Source: Hafnia phage vB_HpaM_Zyzzx. Taken from it: a DNA stretch of 24,000 bases. Made by a program: the position numbers and the translations under genes. A model generated the notes under the pieces. It was given only the letters and a program-made list of their open reading frames with translations, was not told where the DNA came from and did no database searches. The DNA lies in sequence record MW749004.1. One strand, given 5' to 3'. Shown piece by piece: positions 17,201-23,935 of the stretch (positions are counted from its first letter, which is position 1; each line of letters starts with the position of its first letter).

Positions 17201-18562
17201 ATGACTAAGATTCAAATTGATGCAGCAATCTATGCAGACGTTAAAGCTGGTATCATGACTAAAACAGCAATCGCTAAGAAGTACGGTACATCTACACGCT
17301 CAGTAGGACGTGCTGTAGAACGCCATGAAAAACGTATGGCTGATAAGTCTCTACAACAAACTGTTTCACTCGCTATTATCAAGCGACCTGCTCTACAAGA
17401 GGTTGAACAGAAACAGGAGTTCATTTATATTGACAAAACCTCAAATAGTGAACTTGTAGTTGGGGATGTTGTTATGCTATCTGAGCACAGTAATTGGCCT
17501 GTTGAGGAATCTAATCCACGTGGAGTTAAGGGTGTAATTGATGAGCATGAAGAAGGAAGCCCTTGGATTCATGTACAATGGTCTAACAAGAGCCACAATG
17601 CTTACAGGAGTGGAGATAATGATTTAATCCTGTTAGAGCGTGACGGTAAGATTGTTAAACCAACTTCTGAAAAACCTGCTAATGATATCCCTGCTTTACA
17701 GGCTGATGATGAAGTAGAGATTGAAGTAGCTGAATCATCATTGATGGATGCACTGAAAAGTGGTGACCGTGTAGAATATGTTCTGACAGGTGACAGTGTC
17801 ATTCTAACAATGAATAATGAAACTGAGATTGTTGACAGCACTCACCCTAACTACAAAGCAATCCGTGAAGCAATCTTCAATGAAGACTTCAAAGCTGCTT
17901 TTGAGTTGATGAATATTCGAAAAGCTATCGAAACATTCACTCAAGGTAACATCCGAATTGAAGGTGAAAAACTCTTCTACGGTGAAATGCAGGTTAAAAC
18001 TGAATTGGCTGATAAAATCATTCAGTTGATGCAGAAAGGTGATGATGGTTTCCAACGTCTTATCAAGTTCTTTGAACTGTTGATGCAGAACCCTAGCCGT
18101 AGCAGTGTAGAACAATTGTGGGGATTCGTTTGTCACAATGATGTAGAAATTGATGAAGACGGTTATTTGATTGGTTGGAAGAAAGTGCAGTCAAAGGGTA
18201 ACAACCTGTTTGATAGTCGCACTGGTAAGGTTCCTAACAACGTTGGTTGTGTAGTTGAAATGCCACGTTGGATGGTAGACGACCGTCGAAGTGTTACATG
18301 TTCACAAGGTCTTCATGTTGGTGCGTGGGATTATGTAAGAAGTTTCTCTGGTAACGTGATTACAAAGGTTCGTATGAGTCCTGCTGATGTAGTTTCTGTA
18401 CCAGATGATTATGACGATATGAAGGTTCGCACTTCTAAGTATGAAGTTGTTGGATTGGTGAATAGTTCTCGCCAAGATATTCCAAACACTTATGAATACA
18501 AACGTCAACATGTAATGGTTGGTTCTGCTGGTGAAATCTTAGGAATCAAAGATATCCAGTAA
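17201..18562 (+). CDS. rIIB: rIIB-like protein
   Basis: N-terminal HTH (AGIMTKTAIAKKYGTSTRSVGRAVERHEKR); C-terminal LWGFVCHNDVEIDEDGYLIGWKKV...GLHVGAWDYVRSF typical of rIIB-like proteins; located after rIIA. Confidence 0.87.
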   Translation: MTKIQIDAAIYADVKAGIMTKTAIAKKYGTSTRSVGRAVERHEKRMADKSLQQTVSLAIIKRPALQEVEQKQEFIYIDKTSNSELVVGDVVMLSEHSNWPVEESNPRGVKGVIDEHEEGSPWIHVQWSNKSHNAYRSGDNDLILLERDGKIVKPTSEKPANDIPALQADDEVEIEVAESSLMDALKSGDRVEYVLTGDSVILTMNNETEIVDSTHPNYKAIREAIFNEDFKAAFELMNIRKAIETFTQGNIRIEGEKLFYGEMQVKTELADKIIQLMQKGDDGFQRLIKFFELLMQNPSRSSVEQLWGFVCHNDVEIDEDGYLIGWKKVQSKGNNLFDSRTGKVPNNVGCVVEMPRWMVDDRRSVTCSQGLHVGAWDYVRSFSGNVITKVRMSPADVVSVPDDYDDMKVRTSKYEVVGLVNSSRQDIPNTYEYKRQHVMVGSAGEILGIKDIQ

Positions 18563-18582
18563 TCTTTAAAAAGTTTTACAAA

Positions 18583-18609
18583 GGCTGCCCTTCACAGGGT
18601 GGCCTTTTT
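18583..18609 (+). terminator. Intrinsic terminator after rIIB-like gene
   Basis: GGCTGCCCT-TCAC-AGGGTGGCC followed by TTTTT; covaries with the nrdD terminator. Confidence 0.88.
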
Positions 18610-18649
18610 CGTTTATATTAGTTACATGTTTTCTACAAGAGGAATAGAA

Positions 18650-19204
18650 ATGTTTTTAGAAGCGATGCTCAAGACAGCCTTTGCAGTAAGCCTTTTAGTA
18701 TCTTCCCATAATGCGGAATCACCAATTACAAAGCTTACTACAAAGACCTTGCCTGAAAGCTGCCCGACTTTAACTGTTAACCAGATTAAAACCCTCAACA
18801 TGTCTTACCGTTATGGGGAAGAAAACCTTGGAAAAGGTTGGGGTAAGGTTATGGTAGGGATTGCTCACAGGGAATCTCAATTAGGTGTTAAGCTAATCAA
18901 CAATAAAACCAAAGACTATGGTGTATTTCAAAACCATCTTAAAACAGTGGTGAAGCGTAATAATATAAAGTTCCCTGCAAAGGCTAAGAAGAGACTCATC
19001 AATGACTTCCACTATTCAGCAGATGAATCAAGGAAAGAGATAGAGTTTTGGAAGAAGGTTCACGGAGAGAAGAACATCAAGAAGATTCTTGCCAGTTACA
19101 ATGCAGGTTACAACTATAACGGCACCAAAGGGAAAACCTATTCCAAGGATGTTTTAAATAGTATGAAACTTATGCAAGCTTGTTATGGTGGTTTAATGAT
19201 GTAA
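18650..19204 (+). CDS. Lytic transglycosylase (SLT-like) with hydrophobic N-terminus
   Basis: VGIAHRESQLGVKLINNKTKDYGVFQNHL (catalytic-E-S plus YGVFQ motif), NIKKILASYNAGYNYNG (SYNAG). Start ATG 18650 after CAAGAGGAATAGAA; MFLEAMLKTAFAVSLLVSS looks like a signal sequence. Confidence 0.82.
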   Translation: MFLEAMLKTAFAVSLLVSSHNAESPITKLTTKTLPESCPTLTVNQIKTLNMSYRYGEENLGKGWGKVMVGIAHRESQLGVKLINNKTKDYGVFQNHLKTVVKRNNIKFPAKAKKRLINDFHYSADESRKEIEFWKKVHGEKNIKKILASYNAGYNYNGTKGKTYSKDVLNSMKLMQACYGGLMM

Positions 19205-19249
19205 GGTTTTGTAAAGGGGTTTGAAAAGACCCCTTTGAAGAACTAACAT
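19203..19249 (+). promoter_or_regulatory. 47-nt terminator/promoter-like module, copy C
   Basis: AAGGTTTTGTAAAGGGGTTTGAAAAGACCCCTTTGAAGAACTAACAT; TTGAAA-N17-TAACAT. Confidence 0.6.
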
Positions 19250-19291
19250 GTACCACATACAGAAGATAAATAAACAAGGGGAAACATCACA

Positions 19292-19975
19292 ATGAAGAAC
19301 TCAACAATTAAACCTACTAATGTTGCTTATATAAACTGGAATATTAAGGAAGTTGTAAAAGGTTATATCTATTATAAAGACCTTTACTTAGTCTCTGAGT
19401 CAGAACCAGAAGTACCAATATACAATACTCCACAAGATGATTTTCCGTCATACAGCATCCACGTAGATGATTTGATGATTATGCCAGATGTATTCTATGC
19501 AAATAAACCAAAAGCTATTGTATGTGACATTGATGGTGTATTGAATACTTACAAGAAAGAGAAAGGTGTGCTCTTGAAAGATGGCACTCATGAACCAAAC
19601 TGGACACAGTTCTCTAAGATGAATGAAGTAGAACCTGTTAAGTTTATGTTTGAAATGCTTATTAGCTTCTTACGCAGTCATGGTGCAGATTCACGTATCA
19701 TCTTTATGACAGCACGTGGTGAAACGCAACGTTACTTAACTGAAAAATTCTTAGAAGAGAACATGGGTGAGTGGTATTCAAGAACTCTTTTGTTTATGCG
19801 TGGGCAGGGTTGTAACCGTAAAAGTGCTGAACAAATTAAAGTGGAACGTATGGCTGGTGCAGTTCTCCCATACTTTGAAGTAGAAGCCTTTATAGACGAC
19901 ACTGTAGAAGTTATCAAAGCTATCAATGATTTCTTCCCACATATCACTACAATGACAGTTAAGCCAAAAGCTTAA
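19292..19975 (+). CDS. HAD-family phosphatase resembling the phosphatase half of polynucleotide kinase/phosphatase (PseT)
   Basis: PKAIVCDIDGVLNTY (DxDG), IIFMTARGE, RKSAEQIKVERM...PYFEVEAFIDDTVEVI; no P-loop seen in the ~75-aa N-terminus. Confidence 0.72.
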   Translation: MKNSTIKPTNVAYINWNIKEVVKGYIYYKDLYLVSESEPEVPIYNTPQDDFPSYSIHVDDLMIMPDVFYANKPKAIVCDIDGVLNTYKKEKGVLLKDGTHEPNWTQFSKMNEVEPVKFMFEMLISFLRSHGADSRIIFMTARGETQRYLTEKFLEENMGEWYSRTLLFMRGQGCNRKSAEQIKVERMAGAVLPYFEVEAFIDDTVEVIKAINDFFPHITTMTVKPKA

Positions 19976-19987
19976 TAAGGTTGTGAA

Positions 19988-20230
19988 ATGAAATTTATAA
20001 AGAAACTGTTTAGCTTTATTGCATGGTTATTCTTTTGGGGAATGACGATTATTACAGCGGCCTCCCTTAACCATTTAATAACAACTGGACAAATTGATAC
20101 GGATACCCCAACCATCCTTGTAGGAGTGGGAATATTCACAGTAATGTACTGGTTGACTAAAGGTGTAATCTTTGCAGTGCATTACCTAATTGATATCATT
20201 GAAGGTTTGTTTAGAGGGAGTGTAAGATGA
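19988..20230 (+). CDS. Small membrane protein (two predicted TM segments)
   Basis: FSFIAWLFFWGMTIITAASLNHL and TPTILVGVGIFTVMYWLTKGVIFAVHYLI. Confidence 0.75.
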   Translation: MKFIKKLFSFIAWLFFWGMTIITAASLNHLITTGQIDTDTPTILVGVGIFTVMYWLTKGVIFAVHYLIDIIEGLFRGSVR

Positions 20231-20577
20231 AACGTAAATCTATTTATAAAATAGCAATAAACCTGTGGAAGCGTCGATTTGAAAGCGTATGCGACTCTAA
20301 GGTTAGCCCATTTTGGAGAAAACGTGACTTAAAAGGTTTTGTCCGTCAGATGGGTATTCACACGGCAGATTGGATGATTTATGAAGTAGCTCAAGAGATA
20401 GCTTACCGTGAAGCTGGATGTAAAGGTTGGTCAGTTGAGTTCTCAAACTTCTTTGCAGAAAATGAAGAACTTTTTAAAGAGTTTGCTATTGAAGTTATCT
20501 ATCGACAAACTCAAGAAGAACTGATAGACGCACTACAAGAATCAATGGAAGCAGAAATCGACGCAATGTACAGTTAA
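20227..20577 (+). CDS. Hypothetical phage protein
   Basis: 116-aa ORF overlapping the previous stop (ATGA). Confidence 0.75.
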   Translation: MKRKSIYKIAINLWKRRFESVCDSKVSPFWRKRDLKGFVRQMGIHTADWMIYEVAQEIAYREAGCKGWSVEFSNFFAENEELFKEFAIEVIYRQTQEELIDALQESMEAEIDAMYS

Positions 20578-20590
20578 TAAGGGGATAACC

Positions 20591-21007
20591 ATGAAATCAG
20601 TTCATTTAGTAATGTCAGCAGACAAAGATAAAAAGATGGTAGAAGTTGCAAGCATTCTCTACTCAGAAGTCAGTCGAAATGTTGACTTCCAAGCCACCAC
20701 TGTAAAGAAAGATAATAGTGGGATGCGTAGTTTTAATGCTGTTATTGAAACAAACATCATGAAAGCTTTACGTGGTGATAATCTCACTATTACTGACACA
20801 GATATGATGCAGTATCGAACTTTACACCTGCCAACTCTTGTAAGTTTGGAGTTCAAAGAGACCATCTATCTATTCATTGATGAGATTGCTATTGGGAAAA
20901 TGGCACTAAGTGATGATAAGAATGTGGTGGCATTAGGTCAATCATTGAAAAGATTGTTATCAACTCAAACAACCTTAGTAAATGCTTACCAGAATATGTT
21001 AGGCTAA
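20591..21007 (+). CDS. Hypothetical phage protein
   Basis: 138-aa ORF preceded by TAAGGGGATAACC. Confidence 0.75.
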   Translation: MKSVHLVMSADKDKKMVEVASILYSEVSRNVDFQATTVKKDNSGMRSFNAVIETNIMKALRGDNLTITDTDMMQYRTLHLPTLVSLEFKETIYLFIDEIAIGKMALSDDKNVVALGQSLKRLLSTQTTLVNAYQNMLG

Positions 21008-21062
21008 CTATGAAAGATTGGTCACCTTTATGGTGGCCTTTCTCATTTATAGGAGAAGAGAA

Positions 21063-21410
21063 ATGTCAAGTTATGTAAAGATTATTGCGTTAGTAGGTTT
21101 GATAGGAGTATCATTCAGTTGTGGGTACAAATGGAGGGATTACCAAATAGTTCAAGAAAGACTCCACCAAGAAGAGATTGATAAAGAAGCTAACAAAGCT
21201 TTCTTAAAAGGTCAGACAGAACTACTTGATAGAATGAATCAATCTTTGAAGGAGTTTGACAGAGGTAATAAGGTAAATGAAAAGACAATCATTAAAGAGA
21301 AGACTAAAACTGTTTTCAGGAATGTTTGTGTTAGCGATGATTACGTCAGGATGTTCAACGACACATCCGAATCAGGTAAATCACAACTACCTAGTGAAAC
21401 AAAGCGATAA
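21063..21410 (+). CDS. i-spanin (Rz-like)
   Basis: MSSYVKIIALVGLIGVSFSCGYKWRDYQIVQERLHQEEIDKEANKAFLKGQTELLDRMNQSLKEF: N-terminal TM followed by helical periplasmic domain; starts at 21063 after GGAGAAGAGAA. Overlaps a lipoprotein ORF. Confidence 0.7.
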   Translation: MSSYVKIIALVGLIGVSFSCGYKWRDYQIVQERLHQEEIDKEANKAFLKGQTELLDRMNQSLKEFDRGNKVNEKTIIKEKTKTVFRNVCVSDDYVRMFNDTSESGKSQLPSETKR

Positions 21411-21573
21411 GATTTATCAAGAAGATGTTGTTGGAAAGGGTGCTGTAATGTCTGGTACAACTGGTGAATCAGTCACTGACACAGCAGAGTTTTACAGAAA
21501 CAAGTTCTACCAATGTGCAATTAAGTACAATGGTTTGATAGACAGAATCTTAAAGGGGAATCCAAATGGCTGA
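21277..21573 (+). CDS. o-spanin (Rz1-like lipoprotein), start could be ATG 21277 or 21322
   Basis: LKLFSGMFVLAMITSGCSTTHPNQ: lipobox-like SGC; +1 frame overlap with the Rz-like gene. Confidence 0.7.
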   Translation: MKRQSLKRRLKLFSGMFVLAMITSGCSTTHPNQVNHNYLVKQSDKIYQEDVVGKGAVMSGTTGESVTDTAEFYRNKFYQCAIKYNGLIDRILKGNPNG

Positions 21574-21766
21574 TTTTTGTAAGAAATGTTCTATTGAAAT
21601 GTTTGGAAGTGATACTAAAGACCTTGAAGGTTTAATCACAGAAGAACAATTCAAAGCTGGTTACGCTGCAACGGTTTGTTGTGAAGGTTGTTGTGCAGGG
21701 TATGTTGACCATGAAGGTAACCGTGTTAAACCTAGTGAGGATGGTGAGTCATGGGTTCATTACTAA
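21566..21766 (+). CDS. Small Cys-rich protein
   Basis: MADFCKKCSIEMFG...TVCCEGCCAGYVD: possible metal-binding cysteines. Confidence 0.6.
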   Translation: MADFCKKCSIEMFGSDTKDLEGLITEEQFKAGYAATVCCEGCCAGYVDHEGNRVKPSEDGESWVHY

Positions 21767-21840
21767 CACCTGAATTGTATAGTTTCTTAAAGTTTGTGGC
21801 AGTATTGGTTTTCTTAGGTTATGTTTACAGTAAAGATTAA
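21751..21840 (+). CDS. Small TM peptide, 29 aa, absent from track
   Basis: MGSLLTPELYSFLKFVAVLVFLGYVYSKD*, ATG overlapping the previous gene's end. Confidence 0.35.
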   Translation: MGSLLTPELYSFLKFVAVLVFLGYVYSKD

Positions 21841-21858
21841 CAGCGTGAGGTAACTACT

Positions 21859-21966
21859 ATGAAACTGTTTAAAAACGATGATGCATTTGGTTGGTCAATG
21901 GCTTTTGCAGTAGCTTGTATCATGGTAATTTTCTTATCTTCTGTTTATATTGCAGTGGGGGTTTAA
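21859..21966 (+). CDS. Small TM peptide, 35 aa, absent from track
   Basis: MKLFKNDDAFGWSMAFAVACIMVIFLSSVYIAVGV*, preceded by GTGAGGTAACTACT; fills the gap before the next ORF. Confidence 0.5.
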   Translation: MKLFKNDDAFGWSMAFAVACIMVIFLSSVYIAVGV

Positions 21967-21967
21967 T

Positions 21968-22246
21968 ATGTCGAGTACAGTGTACAAATGGATGTTGAAT
22001 GATATCGGAGAAGGTGAGCTGAAAGGTGTAACAGAACTTATTGAAGACGAATCTGGTTGGGGAATGGATATGGTCTACAACGGCTGGAAGAAGATGTGTC
22101 TACGAATTGCAGAAGACCACGGAAGACAGCCAGTTTTAGAGAGTGATTACCATGTATCCTCCACAAAAGATAAGCCTAATACTCAGCATACTATGAAGAT
22201 TATGGGGACAGATATCATCATAGGTACTCTGGAAGTTTTCTATTAA
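21968..22246 (+). CDS. Hypothetical phage protein
   Basis: ATG 21968 immediately after the previous stop (TTTAATATG); ORF MSSTVYKWMLNDIGEGELKG... Confidence 0.65.
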   Translation: MSSTVYKWMLNDIGEGELKGVTELIEDESGWGMDMVYNGWKKMCLRIAEDHGRQPVLESDYHVSSTKDKPNTQHTMKIMGTDIIIGTLEVFY

Positions 22247-22248
22247 GT

Positions 22249-22295
22249 AATGTTTTGTAAAGGGGTTTGAAAAGACCCCTTTGAAGAACTAACTT
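22249..22295 (+). promoter_or_regulatory. 47-nt terminator/promoter-like module, copy D
   Basis: AATGTTTTGTAAAGGGGTTTGAAAAGACCCCTTTGAAGAACTAACTT, followed by ATAAA. Confidence 0.6.
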
Positions 22296-22327
22296 ATAAA
22301 CATAACGAAACACAAAGGAGAGAAGAA

Positions 22328-23170
22328 ATGGCTATTACAAGACTTATACACGGTGACTTAATAGAGTTTGCCAAGAGCGGTGCCTTTGACTTGATTGGTC
22401 ACGGTTGTAACACAATGAACATTATGGGTGGTATTGCAAAAGTGATTGCAGAAGAATTCCCAATGGCTTTTGAAGCAGACCGAACCATGCATGACAAATA
22501 CAATTTACGGTATCGTGATACAAAACCCCACGTAGAATGTCCTACTATGGCTGGTCGTATGTCACATGCTTACGTCAATAGTGGTGGTGGATTCTATGTA
22601 GCAAACCTATACACTCAGGTTTATACTGGTCGTAATGCAAAGTATAACCACTTAGCAGACGCTTTGCACAATCTTAATGCATTCTGCAAAGAGAACCATG
22701 TGCAAAAGATTGGTCTACCTATGATTGGTTGTGGTATTGGTGGTTTGAATGAGTTCGCTGTCCTGAACTTGATTAGTAGCATAATTGAAGCTGATGTGAC
22801 AATGGTTATTCATCCAGACTCTTATCCAAGTCTTTCACACTTTGAGTTTAAAACTAGTCTACCAAAAGTTTATGACGGGATTCTGATGATAGACAATGGT
22901 GGTAACACTTTTCAATTGAACCCTAATCCAACTGGTTTAGAGTTACCCTTGATACCAATTACTAATCATAAGTTCTGTCCAGTTACCCTCTCAGTAACCC
23001 CTGTTAATCGTTTTGTAGGTGGGTATGGTAACTTTGAGAATGCTCTAAGGAGTTTTGATTTACCTTATGATTTCTTGTACTTCTTTGTCAATCCTAAAAG
23101 AGATATTCATAAACTGAAACGTCTACAAAGTTTTAAGAATATTCGTTGGGTAGACGTTAATAAAATCTGA
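22328..23170 (+). CDS. Macro-domain protein with C-terminal extension of roughly 110 aa
   Basis: LIHGDLIEFAKSGAFDLIGHGCNTMNIMGGIAKVIAEEFP and KIGLPMIGCGIGGL match macro-domain ADP-ribose-binding loops; residues after VTMVIHPDSYPSL are not explained by it. Confidence 0.85.
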   Translation: MAITRLIHGDLIEFAKSGAFDLIGHGCNTMNIMGGIAKVIAEEFPMAFEADRTMHDKYNLRYRDTKPHVECPTMAGRMSHAYVNSGGGFYVANLYTQVYTGRNAKYNHLADALHNLNAFCKENHVQKIGLPMIGCGIGGLNEFAVLNLISSIIEADVTMVIHPDSYPSLSHFEFKTSLPKVYDGILMIDNGGNTFQLNPNPTGLELPLIPITNHKFCPVTLSVTPVNRFVGGYGNFENALRSFDLPYDFLYFFVNPKRDIHKLKRLQSFKNIRWVDVNKI

Positions 23171-23186
23171 TAAGTAATTATCTAAT

Positions 23187-23218
23187 GGCATCCCTACTAA
23201 GGTTCTGGTAGGGGTGTC
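23187..23218 (+). terminator. Strong hairpin after the macro-domain gene
   Basis: GGCATCCCTAC-TAAGGTTCTG-GTAGGGGTGTC, 11-bp stem with two G-U; no obvious U-tract. Confidence 0.5.
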
Positions 23219-23240
23219 TAATGATAAGCTATGGTCAGAG

Positions 23241-23427
23241 GACACGATAGAAAATCTATTATGAAAACGTGCTTATGAAATTAATTTTGTCAAGGGAAAC
23301 GATAGAAAAATCATTTTCAAATTGTGCTTATAACTAGGGACACGATAGCTTTTTCATTTTAGAATCGTGCTTATAAAAAGAACTGGCAGGAGACAGGCGA
23401 GCTTTTTCATTTTAGAATCGTGCTTAT
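23241..23427 (+). repeat. Four imperfect 36-nt repeats separated by 19, 7 and 17 nt
   Basis: Units 23241-23276, 23296-23331, 23339-23374, 23392-23427; all exactly 36 nt, sharing GAnAsG..AG at the 5' end and TGCTTAT at the 3' end; units 3 and 4 are identical over the last 28 nt. Confidence 0.9.
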
Positions 23428-23436
23428 AAAAATTTA

Positions 23437-23464
23437 TAGAGAAAAATCTGTAGAGAAAAATCTG
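23437..23464 (+). repeat. Perfect tandem duplication of TAGAGAAAAATCTG (14 nt x 2)
   Basis: Direct reading of the sequence. Confidence 0.95.
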
Positions 23465-23499
23465 ACACACACACAAAACCCCATCAAAAGTCAAGCCCC

Positions 23500-23538
23500 T
23501 TTACAAATCTTTACAAACCCTCTTTACACTTCTTTACA
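23500..23538 (+). repeat. Four TTTACA boxes (inverted TGTAAA), spaced 10, 13 and 10 bp
   Basis: TTTACA at 23500, 23510, 23523 and 23533. Confidence 0.85.
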
Positions 23539-23547
23539 AAACTTTCC

Positions 23548-23576
23548 TTGCATACTCTCACCCATCACATCATAAT
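23548..23576 (+). promoter_or_regulatory. Sigma70-like promoter for the 23633 gene
   Basis: TTGCAT - 17 bp - CATAAT, CGAAAC leader motif at 23585. Confidence 0.7.
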
Positions 23577-23632
23577 GGCTTCAACGAAACGGGAACGACC
23601 CGACAAACTAACCTTAATCAAAGGATGTAAAG

Positions 23633-23935
23633 ATGAAACGTGAAATTAACGCACTAGTAAAGCCACTAACTAAAACCCAACTAAAAGCACAAATTGATAA
23701 AGGTGGCTCCCTTGATACCGTCTACAAAGAATGCCGCCGTTATGGTGAAATCCTTTACAAATCCGATTATGAATATACTTATACAGTTAACTTTAAAACC
23801 AATGAAAAAGTTACCGACCTTGTAACAGAAATTTATATCAGCTATAAGGATTTATACTGGCATTTTGAACTGGTAAAAGGTGAAGTAAAAACAGCAGGTT
23901 GGAGCATTAACAAACCAGCGGTAGTGGATTTGTAA
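23633..23935 (+). CDS. Hypothetical phage protein
   Basis: 100-aa ORF with RBS AAAGGATGTAAAG; preceded by a promoter-like sequence. Confidence 0.75.
   Translation: MKREINALVKPLTKTQLKAQIDKGGSLDTVYKECRRYGEILYKSDYEYTYTVNFKTNEKVTDLVTEIYISYKDLYWHFELVKGEVKTAGWSINKPAVVDL

Noticed and set aside
1422-19947. Minus-strand ORFs in the track (60-110 aa)
   Set aside because: All but a few lie wholly inside well-supported plus-strand genes, lack RBSs and look like shadow ORFs. I do not report any as genes.
23241-23427. CRISPR array (36-nt repeats)
   Set aside because: Repeat length fits some CRISPR types, but spacers are only 7-19 nt and repeats diverge strongly; no cas genes. A CRISPR-repeat-mimicking anti-CRISPR RNA cannot be excluded but I see no match to a known repeat.
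23270-23430. T4-type MotA boxes (TGCTTA) or late promoters (TATAAATA-like) in the repeat ends
   Set aside because: TGCTTAT resembles the MotA core and TTATAAAAA resembles a T4 late promoter, but the -10 spacing is wrong for MotA, units 1 and 2 do not match the late consensus, and no such regulators are seen in the window.
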